DNA of 64,000 nt from Escherichia coli (GCF_011045215.1 NZ_CP049201.1); one strand, 5' to 3'; positions 10,118 through 23,396 are shown, numbered from the stretch's first letter. The notes: generated by a model from the letters alone, not told the origin. Numbers and translations are program-made.

Positions 10118-10483
10118 TCATTTTCTCTTGTTCAAAATAAGTCGCATTAATGTTTCTATAAGAAACAAATAATATTGTTTTAAGAAATAAACTACGTTGC
10201 AATTTAATCGAAATCTACGCCGCCATTTGTGTGATGTAAAGCGCATTTTTGTCTGGTGTAAGCGTAAACACCACAAATAAGAAACAAAAATGGTTTCTTA
10301 TATAAATAAAAAAGGAAATTATTTCGTACTCTTTCAATGTAAAAAAGAGTAAAGACTTGTTTTGATAAGCGAAATAAATTCTGTTTCTGGACTAAACGTG
10401 AAGCGGTTCCTGATGTGTGCTAAAATGCGTTTCTTTGATAAATCTCAATTTTTAAGAGGTTTACGCCAGGCAGGAAAATTTAA

Positions 10484-10846
10484 ATGAATGAATTTGAGAA
10501 GATTTTTAATGAAATGAATCTGGACCGGGCATTGCTACCGATCCTTTTTCGTTCGAACCGGTCGACAGTGTGGAAGTATTTAAGCGGCGATAGTACGGCT
10601 CCTGCCTCTGCCATGTCGCTGATTATGCTGTTGCAGTTGATACAGAAACGAAACCCCGATCTGTTAGCCGAATGGTTAACGCTTTCTGATTTCACCATTC
10701 CGCCAGAAGTTTACCTGGACCAGCCTGATTACTGGAAAGGGTGGGTGTATACCCAACATAAGGTCAATAAAAACGTCCTGGAATATCTAAAAAAACACTA
10801 TCCGGATGAAGACCAAAAAAGTATGGGTAAAGGCCGGGAAGAGTAA
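10484..10846 (+). CDS. Hypothetical protein with HTH-like N-terminus (120 aa), divergent from the YadA-like gene
   Basis: ORF preceded by a 360-bp AT-rich intergenic region; segment ...RSTVWKYLSGDS... resembles an XRE-type recognition helix. No confident homolog. Confidence 0.45.
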   Translation: MNEFEKIFNEMNLDRALLPILFRSNRSTVWKYLSGDSTAPASAMSLIMLLQLIQKRNPDLLAEWLTLSDFTIPPEVYLDQPDYWKGWVYTQHKVNKNVLEYLKKHYPDEDQKSMGKGREE

Positions 10847-10868
10847 TTTTGCCTCTACTCGGCTATAT

Positions 10869-10953
10869 GCCGGATGCGGCGCAAGCGCCTTATCTGGCCT
10901 ACGATTCGGGCATATTTTGTAGGCATGATAAGACGCGTCAGCGTCGCATCAGG
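10869..10953. repeat. REP (repetitive extragenic palindromic) elements
   Basis: GCCGGATGCGGCG...CTTATC.GGCCTAC-type palindromic units in inverted orientation (BIME-like), overlapping the last codons of ybbJ. Confidence 0.6.
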
Positions 10954-11407
10954 CGATGACCGCACGGATGATCAGCGTTATCCCTTCTATCGCAATGACT
11001 TCAACATGCGTACCTGCGCCGAGATCCTCGCTGGCGCTGACAGGCCATGAACTGTCACCGACGCGCATATGACCGCGCCCGTTGACCAGCGGAGATTCCA
11101 GCACAAAACGTCGGCCAATCAGCTGCTGCCCGCGCTGGTTTAAATGACTGTCGCTGTGCTTTTGTTCGCGCACCCGCCGCGACAACCATTTCCACCACAG
11201 CCAGGCGGCGAGCAGCGTCAGGACGGCAAACATCACCCCTTGCCACTCCCAACCCAGCGGCACCAGCCAGACCACCAGGCCGGTAATCACCGCTGCCACG
11301 CCGCTCCACAACAAATAACCATTTCCGCCCAGCATCTCGGCTGCCAGCAGCAAACCGCCGAGACTGAGCCAGAAAATATGTGGATGAACGACCATTAACT
11401 CCATCAT
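10949..11407 (-). CDS. ybbJ: NfeD-like inner membrane protein YbbJ
   Basis: 152 aa; matches the E. coli YbbJ sequence as recalled; overlaps qmcA stop. Confidence 0.9.
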   Translation of the reverse strand: MMELMVVHPHIFWLSLGGLLLAAEMLGGNGYLLWSGVAAVITGLVVWLVPLGWEWQGVMFAVLTLLAAWLWWKWLSRRVREQKHSDSHLNQRGQQLIGRRFVLESPLVNGRGHMRVGDSSWPVSASEDLGAGTHVEVIAIEGITLIIRAVIA

Positions 11408-12321
11408 GGCTGAGTCCGCTTGTTGGCGCTGTCTTTCACCAGCTCGGCAATCCCGGCAATCGACCCCATCAGGCTGCTGGCCTCTAATGGCATCATCACT
11501 ACTTTGCTGTTACTGGAGGAACCGATCTGCTGTAACGCTTCGGTGTATTTCTGCGCTACGAAGTAGTTCACCGCCTGAATATCACCGGAGGCGATGGCTT
11601 CAGACACCATTTTGGTGGCGCGGGCTTCTGCTTCTGCGGAACGTTCACGCGCTTCAGCCTGTAAAAACGCCGACTGACGTTCGCCTTCCGCTTTCAGGAT
11701 TTGCGACTGTTTTTCACCTTCGGCTTTGAGGATTTCCGCCTGACGGATCCCTTCCGCTTCGAGGATGTAAGCGCGTTTGGTACGTTCCGCTTTCATCTGC
11801 GCGTTCATTGAAGAGATAAGCTCTGCCGGTGGGCGCACGTCGCGAATTTCAATACGGGTGACTTTAATCCCCCACGGGTTGGTGGCTTCATCGACAATAC
11901 GCAGCAGGCGTGAGTTGATGCTGTCGCGCTGAGAGAGCATTTCGTCAAGTTCCATTGAACCCAACACGGTACGGATGTTAGTCATGGTCAGGTTGATGAT
12001 CGCCAGCTCCAGATTGCTGACTTCATAGGCAGCGCGTGGCGCGTCAATCACCTGAATAAAACAGACTGCGTCGATGGTAACGTTGGCGTTATCTTTCGAG
12101 ATAACTTCCTGGGAAGGGATATCGAGCACTTGCTCCATCATATTGATCTTGCGACCAATGCGATCCATAAACGGCACTACCAGACTGAGCCCCGGCTGTA
12201 ACGTTTTGGTATAGCGACCAAAACGTTCTACCGTCCATTGATAGCCCTGCGGCACGATTTTGACGCCCGCGCCGACAATGACCAGCGCGACAAAAATGAG
12301 AATCGGGATAAAGATAAGCAT
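11404..12321 (-). CDS. qmcA: SPFH/stomatin-family protein QmcA
   Basis: 305 aa; N-terminal TM helix, SPFH domain, C-terminal coiled coil ([18 protein letters not shown]). Confidence 0.92.
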   Translation of the reverse strand: MLIFIPILIFVALVIVGAGVKIVPQGYQWTVERFGRYTKTLQPGLSLVVPFMDRIGRKINMMEQVLDIPSQEVISKDNANVTIDAVCFIQVIDAPRAAYEVSNLELAIINLTMTNIRTVLGSMELDEMLSQRDSINSRLLRIVDEATNPWGIKVTRIEIRDVRPPAELISSMNAQMKAERTKRAYILEAEGIRQAEILKAEGEKQSQILKAEGERQSAFLQAEARERSAEAEARATKMVSEAIASGDIQAVNYFVAQKYTEALQQIGSSSNSKVVMMPLEASSLMGSIAGIAELVKDSANKRTQP

Positions 12322-12466
12322 CGGAAAAACCTCCTGTTGTACCGTCCATAATCAGCAAAATTGCTGCTTGATTAAACAAATTATACCTGATTACTGAAAG
12401 AGAGTTCCCCCTTATTCCTGCGAAGGATAAACTGTTTTTAGTAAAAATCAGAAAAAGGGAACAGCG

Positions 12467-13144
12467 ATGCAGGAAAATAGTCCTTTGCTTCAGCTACAAA
12501 ACGTAGGATATCTGGCGGGTGATGCGAAGATTCTTAATAACATCAATTTTTCGCTGCGTGCTGGCGAATTTAAGTTAATTACCGGTCCTTCTGGTTGTGG
12601 CAAAAGTACGCTGCTAAAAATAGTTGCTTCATTGATCAGCCCAACCAGCGGAACGTTACTGTTTGAAGGTGAGGATGTCAGCACACTAAAGCCAGAAATC
12701 TACCGCCAGCAAGTCTCTTACTGCGCCCAGACACCGACGCTGTTTGGCGATACGGTATACGATAATCTGATCTTTCCCTGGCAGATCCGTAACCGGCAGC
12801 CTGACCCAGCCATTTTTCTCGATTTTCTCGAACGCTTCGCCTTGCCGGACAGCATTTTGACGAAAAATATCGCCGAGCTATCTGGTGGTGAAAAACAACG
12901 CATCTCACTGATTCGTAACCTGCAATTTATGCCGAAGGTTTTATTGCTGGATGAAATAACCAGTGCGCTGGATGAAAGTAATAAACATAACGTTAATGAG
13001 ATGATCCATCGTTATGTGCGCGAGCAAAATATTGCCGTGCTGTGGGTGACACACGATAAAGACGAAATTAATCATGCGGATAAAGTGATTACACTGCAAC
13101 CGCATGCCGGAGAAATGCAGGAAGCACGCTATGAACTCGCATAA
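12467..13144 (+). CDS. fetA: ABC transporter ATP-binding protein FetA (YbbL)
   Basis: 225 aa; Walker A GPSGCGKST, signature LSGGEKQR. Confidence 0.92.
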   Translation: MQENSPLLQLQNVGYLAGDAKILNNINFSLRAGEFKLITGPSGCGKSTLLKIVASLISPTSGTLLFEGEDVSTLKPEIYRQQVSYCAQTPTLFGDTVYDNLIFPWQIRNRQPDPAIFLDFLERFALPDSILTKNIAELSGGEKQRISLIRNLQFMPKVLLLDEITSALDESNKHNVNEMIHRYVREQNIAVLWVTHDKDEINHADKVITLQPHAGEMQEARYELA

Positions 13145-13910
13145 TATTACTAACGAATCATTAGCACTGGCATTAATGCTGGTAGTGGTGGCAATCTTAA
13201 TTAGCCATAAAGAAAAACTGGCGCTGGAGAAAGATATTCTCTGGAGCGTCGGGCGAGCGATAATTCAGCTGATTATTGTTGGCTATGTGCTGAAGTATAT
13301 TTTCAGCGTGGATGATGCCAGCCTGACATTATTGATGGTGTTATTTATCTGCTTTAATGCGGCGTGGAACGCGCAAAAACGCAGTAAATATATTGCTAAA
13401 GCTTTTATCTCATCGTTTATTGCCATTACGGTCGGGGCGGGAATTACCCTGGCGGTGCTGATTCTCTCAGGGTCGATTGAATTTATCCCGATGCAGGTGA
13501 TCCCTATCGCCGGGATGATTGCCGGTAACGCCATGGTAGCGGTGGGGTTGTGTTACAACAATTTAGGGCAACGGGTCATTAGCGAACAGCAACAGATTCA
13601 GGAGAAACTGAGTCTTGGCGCGACGCCGAAGCAGGCTTCAGCGATATTGATTCGCGACAGTATTCGCGCGGCTTTAATTCCGACGGTCGATTCAGCAAAA
13701 ACGGTTGGCTTAGTGAGTTTACCAGGAATGATGTCCGGGCTGATATTTGCCGGGATTGATCCGGTGAAGGCGATTAAATATCAGATTATGGTGACCTTTA
13801 TGCTGCTCTCAACCGCCAGCTTGTCGACCATTATTGCCTGCTATTTAACCTATCGTAAGTTTTATAATTCGCGCCACCAGTTGGTGGTGACGCAATTGAA
13901 GAAGAAATGA
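13131..13910 (+). CDS. fetB: ABC transporter permease FetB (YbbM)
   Basis: Start placed at MNSHNITNES (259 aa), overlapping the fetA 3' end; multi-TM permease. Confidence 0.9.
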   Translation: MNSHNITNESLALALMLVVVAILISHKEKLALEKDILWSVGRAIIQLIIVGYVLKYIFSVDDASLTLLMVLFICFNAAWNAQKRSKYIAKAFISSFIAITVGAGITLAVLILSGSIEFIPMQVIPIAGMIAGNAMVAVGLCYNNLGQRVISEQQQIQEKLSLGATPKQASAILIRDSIRAALIPTVDSAKTVGLVSLPGMMSGLIFAGIDPVKAIKYQIMVTFMLLSTASLSTIIACYLTYRKFYNSRHQLVVTQLKKK

Positions 13911-13972
13911 TGCGATGCCGGATGCGCAGCATCGCATCCGGCGTTGTGGTTCATGTGCCGATCAACGGAATA

Positions 13973-14869
<897 letters not shown>

Positions 14870-14887
14870 TTAAGCGCGCGCTTCAAC

Positions 14888-15697
14888 TCACCCCTGCAAT
14901 ATTTTGTCCATCACGCGCCCCGGCAGCAGGCGCTTAAGCACCATTACCGCCCAGGTCACCAGCGTCACCGGATAGCGCATCTTCGGCTTCTCGCTAATAA
15001 AAGCATGGCGTACTTTGTCCACCACCGCTTCCGGTCCCAACGTAAAGCGGGCGGCGATGCCGGGATTTTCGACTGGTTTATCACTTTGCGTCTGGTTGAC
15101 GTTGTCGGTGAAGCGAGTACGAATGGGACCGGGTTCGATCAGGCTGACTTTAATTCCGCTGTGGCGTAGCTCCATGCGCAGCGCGTCTGACCACGCCTCC
15201 AGCGCATATTTACTGGCCGCGTAAGCGCCACGACCCGGTGTGGAGATTAATCCCATCACCGATGAGGTCATCACAATACGCCCTTCACCGTGCGGTAACA
15301 TCGCGGGTAACAGGCGCATGGTGAGCTGGTGTGCGCCGAAAAAGTTGGCGGAAAACTGCTGTTCCATCTGCGCACGGCTGATGGTGGAAAGGGGGCCATA
15401 CATGCCGAATCCGGCATTGTTAAAGATCCCATACAGACAATTATCGGTCAGGGCGATCACCTCGTCGGCTGCGCGATCAACACTTTCTGGTGAATCCAGA
15501 TCGATCAACACGCCGGTAAATCCCATGCTGTTCATGCGCTCAACATCATCCGGTTTCCGGCAACCTGCCAGCACATGAAAACCCTGGCGTTTTAATTCGA
15601 GCGCGCTTTCCAGGCCAATTCCACTGGAACATCCGGTAATTAAGACCGATTTTTGCATAACTTTACCTGTCAGGATCTCCGTTGCTTTATGAGTCAT
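14888..15697 (-). CDS. ybbO: Short-chain dehydrogenase/reductase YbbO
   Basis: 269 aa; TGCSSGIG Rossmann motif, catalytic YxxxK (YAASK). Confidence 0.9.
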   Translation of the reverse strand: MTHKATEILTGKVMQKSVLITGCSSGIGLESALELKRQGFHVLAGCRKPDDVERMNSMGFTGVLIDLDSPESVDRAADEVIALTDNCLYGIFNNAGFGMYGPLSTISRAQMEQQFSANFFGAHQLTMRLLPAMLPHGEGRIVMTSSVMGLISTPGRGAYAASKYALEAWSDALRMELRHSGIKVSLIEPGPIRTRFTDNVNQTQSDKPVENPGIAARFTLGPEAVVDKVRHAFISEKPKMRYPVTLVTWAVMVLKRLLPGRVMDKILQG

Positions 15698-16313
15698 GAT
15701 TTACTAAAGGCTGCAACTGCTTCGCCATCCAGTCGGCAATAAACGGCTGGGCGTCGCGGTTGGGATGAATACCGTCATCCTGCATCCATTGTGGCTTGAG
15801 GTAGACCTCTTCCATAAAAAAGGGCAGCAGCGGAACATCAAACTCTTTGGCGAGTTTGGGGTAAATGGCGCTAAAGGCTTCATTATAACGGCGACCATAG
15901 TTTGCAGGCAGACGTATTTGCATTAACAATGGTTCAGCGTTGGCGGCTTTGACATCCTGCAAAATCTGACGCAGCGTTTGCTCGGTTTGCTGTGGCTGAA
16001 AACCACGCAAACCGTCATTGCCGCCCAGTTCAACCAGCACCCAGCGCGGCTGATGCTGTTTCAGCAGAGCCGGAAGGCGCGCCAGCCCTTGTTGCGAGGT
16101 GTCGCCGCTGATGCTGGCATTAACTACCGACGTTTTACTCTGCCACTTATCATTCAACAAGGCAGGCCAGGCCGCGCTGGCAGACATTCGATACCCGGCG
16201 CTCAGGCTATCACCCAGAATCAATAACGTGTCCGCTGCGGCGGCACGGAAGGTTAACAGGACCAGGAACAGGAAGGGCAAATGCCAGCGGAAAACATTGT
16301 TGAAGTTCATCAT
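15687..16313 (-). CDS. tesA: Acyl-CoA thioesterase I / lysophospholipase L1 TesA (SGNH hydrolase)
   Basis: Start placed at MMNFNNVFRW (208 aa); GDSLS motif, signal peptide; 5' end overlaps divergent ybbA. Confidence 0.9.
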   Translation of the reverse strand: MMNFNNVFRWHLPFLFLVLLTFRAAAADTLLILGDSLSAGYRMSASAAWPALLNDKWQSKTSVVNASISGDTSQQGLARLPALLKQHQPRWVLVELGGNDGLRGFQPQQTEQTLRQILQDVKAANAEPLLMQIRLPANYGRRYNEAFSAIYPKLAKEFDVPLLPFFMEEVYLKPQWMQDDGIHPNRDAQPFIADWMAKQLQPLVNHDS

Positions 16314-16967
16314 CTTAAGAAGTCCGTCGGTCAGGGGGAGCATGAACTCTCCATCCTCACCGGAGTTGAGTTGGTTGTCAAACGCGGCGAGACCATCGCG
16401 CTGGTGGGCGAGTCGGGATCGGGTAAGTCAACCTTGCTGGCGATCCTCGCCGGGCTGGATGACGGCAGCAGTGGCGAAGTGAGTTTGGTGGGACAACCGC
16501 TACATAATATGGACGAAGAAGCGCGGGCAAAGTTGCGCGCGAAGCACGTCGGCTTTGTTTTTCAGTCATTTATGTTAATTCCTACCCTTAACGCGCTGGA
16601 AAACGTCGAGCTTCCGGCGCTGCTGCGCGGTGAGAGTAGCGCGGAAAGTCGTAACGGAGCGAAAGCGTTGCTCGAACAGTTAGGGCTGGGTAAACGTCTG
16701 GATCATCTTCCGGCACAGCTTTCCGGCGGTGAACAGCAACGAGTGGCGCTGGCCCGAGCCTTTAACGGTAGACCTGATGTGCTGTTTGCCGACGAACCCA
16801 CCGGCAACCTTGACCGCCAGACCGGCGATAAAATTGCCGACCTGCTGTTTTCCCTCAACCGTGAGCATGGCACCACGTTGATAATGGTGACCCACGACCT
16901 GCAACTGGCGGCACGCTGCGACCGCTGCTTACGGCTGGTGAACGGGCAGTTGCAGGAGGAAGCATGA
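16281..16967 (+). CDS. ybbA: ABC transporter ATP-binding protein YbbA
   Basis: 228 aa; Walker A GESGSGKST, signature LSGGEQQR. Confidence 0.9.
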   Translation: MPAENIVEVHHLKKSVGQGEHELSILTGVELVVKRGETIALVGESGSGKSTLLAILAGLDDGSSGEVSLVGQPLHNMDEEARAKLRAKHVGFVFQSFMLIPTLNALENVELPALLRGESSAESRNGAKALLEQLGLGKRLDHLPAQLSGGEQQRVALARAFNGRPDVLFADEPTGNLDRQTGDKIADLLFSLNREHGTTLIMVTHDLQLAARCDRCLRLVNGQLQEEA

Positions 16968-19378
16968 TTGCACGTTGGTTCTGGCGCGAATGGCGCTCGC
17001 CGTCGCTATTAATTGTCTGGCTGGCGCTAAGCCTGGCGGTGGCCTGCGTGCTGGCGCTGGGCAATATCAGCGATCGCATGGAGAAGGGCTTAAGCCAGCA
17101 AAGCCGTGAGTTTATGGCGGGCGATCGGGCGCTGCGCAGTTCGCGCGAAGTGCCGCAAGCATGGCTGGAGGAAGCGCAAAAGCGCGGCCTGAAAGTCGGC
17201 AAGCAGCTGACTTTCGCCACCATGACATTTGCAGGCGACACACCGCAGCTGGCGAACGTTAAAGCGGTGGATGATATCTACCCGATGTATGGCGATCTGC
17301 AAACCAATCCCCCTGGCCTGAAACCGCAGGCGGGCAGCGTATTGCTGGCCCCACGCCTGATGGCACTGCTTAACCTGAAAACGGGCGACACCATTGACGT
17401 GGGCGATGCCACCTTGCGGATTGCCGGAGAAGTGATTCAGGAACCGGATTCCGGTTTTAACCCCTTCCAGATGGCTCCGCGTCTGATGATGAATCTGGCG
17501 GATGTCGATAAAACCGGAGCCGTGCAGCCGGGGAGTCGGGTCACCTGGCGCTATAAATTCGGCGGCAACGAGAACCAGCTCGACGGCTATGAGAAATGGT
17601 TGTTACCTCAGCTTAAACCCGAACAACGCTGGTACGGTCTGGAACAGGACGAAGGCGCGCTGGGGCGATCGATGGAACGCTCGCAACAGTTCCTGCTGCT
17701 TTCGGCGCTTCTGACCTTGCTGCTGGCAGTGGCAGCAGTGGCGGTAGCGATGAATCATTACTGTCGCAGTCGCTACGATCTGGTGGCGATCCTCAAAACG
17801 CTGGGGGCAGGGCGAGCGCAACTGCGTAAGCTAATCGTCGGTCAGTGGTTGATGGTGCTGGCGCTTTCAGCCATTACCGGTGGGGCGATAGGCCTGTTGT
17901 TCGAAAACGTGTTGATGGTGCTGCTCAAGCCCGTTCTGCCTGCTGCACTACCGCCAGCCAGCCTCTGGCCGTGGCTGTGGGCGCTTGGCACCATGACGGT
18001 CATCTCGCTGCTGGTGGGGCTACGACCATACCGCTTGTTGCTGGCAACGCAGCCTTTACGCGTATTACGTAATGATGTGGTAGCGAACGTCTGGCCGCTG
18101 AAGTTTTATCTGCCGATTGTCAGTGTGGTGGTTGTGCTGCTGCTTGCCGGATTAATGGGCGGCAGTATGCTGCTCTGGGCGGTGCTGGCGGGCGCGGTAG
18201 TACTGGCTTTGCTGTGCGGTGTGCTGGGCTGGATGCTGCTGAATGTACTTCGCCGCATGACGCTGAAATCGCTGCCTCTGCGCCTGGCGGTTAGCCGCCT
18301 GTTACGTCAGCCGTGGTCAACGTTAAGCCAGCTTTCGGCATTTTCGCTCTCCTTTATGCTGCTGGCACTGCTACTGGTGCTGCGTGGCGATCTGCTAGAC
18401 CGCTGGCAGCAGCAGCTACCGCCAGAAAGCCCGAACTACTTTTTAATCAACATCGCCACAGAACAGGTTACGCCGCTAAAAGCGTTCCTCGCGGAACATC
18501 AGATAGTCCCGGAATCGTTTTATCCGGTGGTGCGAGCGCGGCTGACGGCGATTAACGGCAAGCCGACAGAAGGCAATGAAGATGAGGCGCTCAACCGCGA
18601 ACTCAATCTTACCTGGCAAAATACGCGGCCCGATCATAATCCGATTGTCGCCGGTAACTGGCCGCCAAAAGCTGATGAAGTTTCGATGGAAGAGGGGCTG
18701 GCGAAACGCTTAAACGTTACCCTCGGCGATACCGTGACTTTTATGGGCGATACCCAGGAGTTCCGCGCTAAAGTGACCAGCCTGCGCAAAGTGGACTGGG
18801 AAAGTCTGCGGCCTAATTTCTATTTTATTTTCCCTGAAGGGGCATTAGACGGGCAACCGCAGAGCTGGCTTACCAGTTTCCGCTGGGAGAATGGCAACGG
18901 CATGTTGACGCAACTCAACCGCCAGTTCCCTACCATTAGCCTGTTAGACATTGGCGCGATTTTAAAACAGGTCGGTCAGGTGCTGGAGCAGGTAAGTCGG
19001 GCGCTGGAGGTGATGGTGGTGCTGGTCACCGCCTGCGGTATGTTGCTGTTGCTGGCACAGGTGCAGGTGGGAATGCGTCAGCGTCATCAGGAGCTGGTGG
19101 TGTGGCGCACACTCGGTGCGGGGAAAAAACTGCTGCGTACCACGTTGTGGTGTGAGTTCGCCATGCTTGGGTTTGTTTCCGGCCTGGTGGCCGCAATTGG
19201 TGCGGAAACGGCACTGGCAGTGTTGCAGGCGAAAGTGTTTGATTTTCCGTGGGAGCCAGACTGGCGATTGTGGATTGTTCTGCCGTGCAGCGGTGCGCTG
19301 CTGCTGTCGCTTTTCGGCGGCTGGCTGGGCGCGAGACTGGTTAAGGGTAAGGCGCTGTTCAGGCAGTTTGCGGGGTGA
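16964..19378 (+). CDS. ybbP: FtsX-like ABC transporter permease YbbP
   Basis: 804 aa multi-TM protein, ATGA overlap with ybbA. Confidence 0.9.
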   Translation: MIARWFWREWRSPSLLIVWLALSLAVACVLALGNISDRMEKGLSQQSREFMAGDRALRSSREVPQAWLEEAQKRGLKVGKQLTFATMTFAGDTPQLANVKAVDDIYPMYGDLQTNPPGLKPQAGSVLLAPRLMALLNLKTGDTIDVGDATLRIAGEVIQEPDSGFNPFQMAPRLMMNLADVDKTGAVQPGSRVTWRYKFGGNENQLDGYEKWLLPQLKPEQRWYGLEQDEGALGRSMERSQQFLLLSALLTLLLAVAAVAVAMNHYCRSRYDLVAILKTLGAGRAQLRKLIVGQWLMVLALSAITGGAIGLLFENVLMVLLKPVLPAALPPASLWPWLWALGTMTVISLLVGLRPYRLLLATQPLRVLRNDVVANVWPLKFYLPIVSVVVVLLLAGLMGGSMLLWAVLAGAVVLALLCGVLGWMLLNVLRRMTLKSLPLRLAVSRLLRQPWSTLSQLSAFSLSFMLLALLLVLRGDLLDRWQQQLPPESPNYFLINIATEQVTPLKAFLAEHQIVPESFYPVVRARLTAINGKPTEGNEDEALNRELNLTWQNTRPDHNPIVAGNWPPKADEVSMEEGLAKRLNVTLGDTVTFMGDTQEFRAKVTSLRKVDWESLRPNFYFIFPEGALDGQPQSWLTSFRWENGNGMLTQLNRQFPTISLLDIGAILKQVGQVLEQVSRALEVMVVLVTACGMLLLLAQVQVGMRQRHQELVVWRTLGAGKKLLRTTLWCEFAMLGFVSGLVAAIGAETALAVLQAKVFDFPWEPDWRLWIVLPCSGALLLSLFGGWLGARLVKGKALFRQFAG

Positions 19379-19390
19379 TGAGAGGTGTTA

Positions 19391-19494
<104 letters not shown>

Positions 19495-19612
19495 GAACAG
19501 TGTGCATTTTGGCAATAAATCTGAAACCAACTGTCATGTCGGTTTTTTTATATCTGTATTCTGGTGCAACCATTCTGTTCTCACGACAATCGCCGTTTCA
19601 GAATACCGCCCA

Positions 19613-20722
<1,110 letters not shown>

Positions 20723-20775
20723 TCAAATCAGCTTGCGCGCTATTTTACGCGCCAACGCGCAAGGAAACTTGATTT

Positions 20776-21702
20776 TTAACTGCGTGGGTTGCCGAAAATT
20801 TCTAAAAATCCGCTGATTTCCGGCCTGCGCTGGGTAAACAAGGTCACAATATCTTCTACCGCTTTGCCGCTGCCAAATTTGCGCCATGCCAGACTCAATG
20901 GCGAAGGAGGGCGCATCGTTGGGATTACCCGGCTGACTAGTTGTTGATTATCGATCATTGACTGGCAAAGTGATTTTGGCAAAAAACCAATGCCAACGCC
21001 CGCCAGATGGGCGGCGATTTTCGTTTCCATATCGGGAACAATAATCTCTTTTTGCCCTGGCAATCGCCAGGCGACGCGTTTGGTTAAGGTGCGGGCGCTG
21101 TCTTCAATATTGACCGCCGGAAAGCGCCGCAACTGCGCTTCTGTTAGCGGCTCTTCAACGCTCGCCAGCGGATGATCCGCCGCCATGACAAATCGCCATT
21201 GCACCGATCCTAAGGGATCAAGACTAAAGGTATTTGCCAGCGCCTCAGTTCCCGTGACGCCGATAGCCAGCGAAAAACCTTCGTACAATAGCGAGTCCCA
21301 GACGCCCATATAGATTTGTCGGGAGATGTGAAACTGGGTAAAGGGGTAACGCTCATTCAGCCACGCGAGCAACTGGGCGACGGCCTGGGGGTTGTAGAGC
21401 AGGTTGTTGATGACAATATTCACTTGGCGTTCCACGCCATCATTCACCTGTTGCAGCTCGCTTGGCATACTTTCCAGCCAGCTCAGCCAGTCTCTGGCCT
21501 GGGAAAGTAGATGCTCGCCAGCCGCTGTCAACGTCACGCTGCGAGTCGTACGGAAAAACAGCGCTACTCCGGTATTCTCTTCCAGAAGTTTAATGCGATA
21601 ACTGATCGTCGCCGTGGTTTTACATAATCGTTCTGCCGCTTTTGAAAAACTTCCTGTTTCAGCAACCGCAATGAAAGTCCGCAAGGTTTCTGGATCGAAC
21701 AT
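20776..21702 (-). CDS. allS: LysR-family activator of allantoin catabolism AllS
   Basis: 308 aa; LysR HTH N-terminus; divergent from allA. Confidence 0.9.
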   Translation of the reverse strand: MFDPETLRTFIAVAETGSFSKAAERLCKTTATISYRIKLLEENTGVALFFRTTRSVTLTAAGEHLLSQARDWLSWLESMPSELQQVNDGVERQVNIVINNLLYNPQAVAQLLAWLNERYPFTQFHISRQIYMGVWDSLLYEGFSLAIGVTGTEALANTFSLDPLGSVQWRFVMAADHPLASVEEPLTEAQLRRFPAVNIEDSARTLTKRVAWRLPGQKEIIVPDMETKIAAHLAGVGIGFLPKSLCQSMIDNQQLVSRVIPTMRPPSPLSLAWRKFGSGKAVEDIVTLFTQRRPEISGFLEIFGNPRS

Positions 21703-21931
21703 CTTCAGGTATCCCCTTTTAAATCCGCAAGTTGCGTGATTTTCTTATCCTCTGATTTATCAGTATTTTTACATGATAACCCTGTTCAATTTGTGGACTA
21801 AATCTAGTTTTGGAAAAATATTCCAACTTTTGTATTGATGTTGTTCTCTTAAGGTTTTAGATTGCCTGTTATTGAAACCAAGCTGACCGGTCGGCGCTGG
21901 TTGAACGGAATTATGTTACAAGGACAAAGAG

Positions 21932-22414
21932 ATGAAACTTCAGGTATTACCGTTAAGTCAGGAAGCCTTTAGTGCTTATGGCGACGTAATCGAAACGCAG
22001 CAACGGGATTTTTTCCATATTAACAATGGCCTGGTGGAGCGTTACCACGATTTGGCGCTGGTTGAGATTCTTGAGCAAGACCGTACGCTTATCAGCATTA
22101 ACCGCGCGCAACCGGCGAATCTGCCGCTGACCATTCACGAACTCGAACGTCATCCGCTGGGCACTCAGGCCTTTATCCCGATGAAAGGTGAAGTGTTTGT
22201 GGTGGTCGTGGCGTTAGGCGACGACAAACCAGACCTGTCAACGCTGCGGGCGTTTATCACCAACGGCGAACAGGGAGTGAATTACCATCGTAACGTCTGG
22301 CATCACCCACTTTTCGCCTGGCAGCGCGTCACCGATTTTCTGACCATCGATCGCGGCGGCAGTGACAACTGTGATGTTGAAAGTATTCCTGAACAGGAAC
22401 TCTGTTTTGCGTGA
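21932..22414 (+). CDS. allA: Ureidoglycolate lyase AllA
   Basis: 160 aa, recognised sequence and context. Confidence 0.9.
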
Positions 22415-22491
22415 CGCCTGCAACCGACTTGCATAAGATAAACTAATTGTTCATTGTTTATGCTCACTTGTAGGTCGGAGTTAACGTAGGT

Positions 22492-23307
22492 ATGACGGAA
22501 GTTAGACGGCGCGGCAGGCCAGGACAGGCGGAGCCTGTGGCACAGAAGGGCGCACAGGCATTAGAGCGGGGAATTGCGATTCTGCAATATCTGGAAAAAA
22601 GTGGGGGAAGTTCGTCGGTTAGCGATATTTCTCTCAATCTGGATTTGCCGCTCTCCACGACCTTTCGCTTGCTGAAGGTTTTACAGGCAGCGGATTTTGT
22701 CTATCAGGACAGTCAATTAGGCTGGTGGCATATAGGATTAGGTGTCTTTAACGTCGGTGCAGCGTACATCCATAACCGCGATGTCCTCTCCGTCGCCGGG
22801 CCGTTTATGCGCCGCCTGATGTTACTTTCCGGCGAAACGGTCAATGTCGCGATCCGTAACGGCAATGAAGCGGTATTAATTGGTCAGTTAGAGTGTAAAT
22901 CGATGGTCAGGATGTGTGCGCCACTGGGCAGTCGTCTGCCACTGCATGCTTCCGGTGCGGGCAAAGCGCTGCTTTATCCGCTGGCGGAAGAGGAGTTGAT
23001 GAGCATCATTCTGCAAACCGGTTTGCAGCAGTTTACGCCAACTACGCTTGTGGATATGCCCACCTTACTGAAGGACCTGGAGCAAGCGCGTGAACTGGGC
23101 TATACCGTAGATAAAGAAGAGCATGTTGTAGGCCTGAATTGCATAGCTTCAGCAATTTACGATGATGTAGGTAGTGTTGTTGCCGCTATCTCCATCTCCG
23201 GGCCTTCATCAAGACTGACAGAAGATCGTTTTGTCAGTCAGGGTGAGCTGGTCAGAGACACCGCCCGCGATATCAGCACGGCGTTGGGACTGAAAGCACA
23301 TCCATAA
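22492..23307 (+). CDS. allR: IclR-family repressor of the allantoin regulon AllR
   Basis: 271 aa; IclR-type HTH plus effector domain. Confidence 0.9.
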
Positions 23308-23396
23308 TGTCTGTCGCATCCCGCTCTGCGGAGCGGGTTTTTTTGACAAAATTTGAAAGTTGGAAAATTTTTCCAATTAATAGAGGTAGGAATAAA

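Noticed and set aside
13913-13945. Palindrome GCCGGATGCGCAGCATCGCATCCGGC after fetB, considered as an intrinsic terminator
   Set aside because: Not followed by a T-run; more likely a REP-like palindrome, though it may still stabilise the mRNA 3' end.
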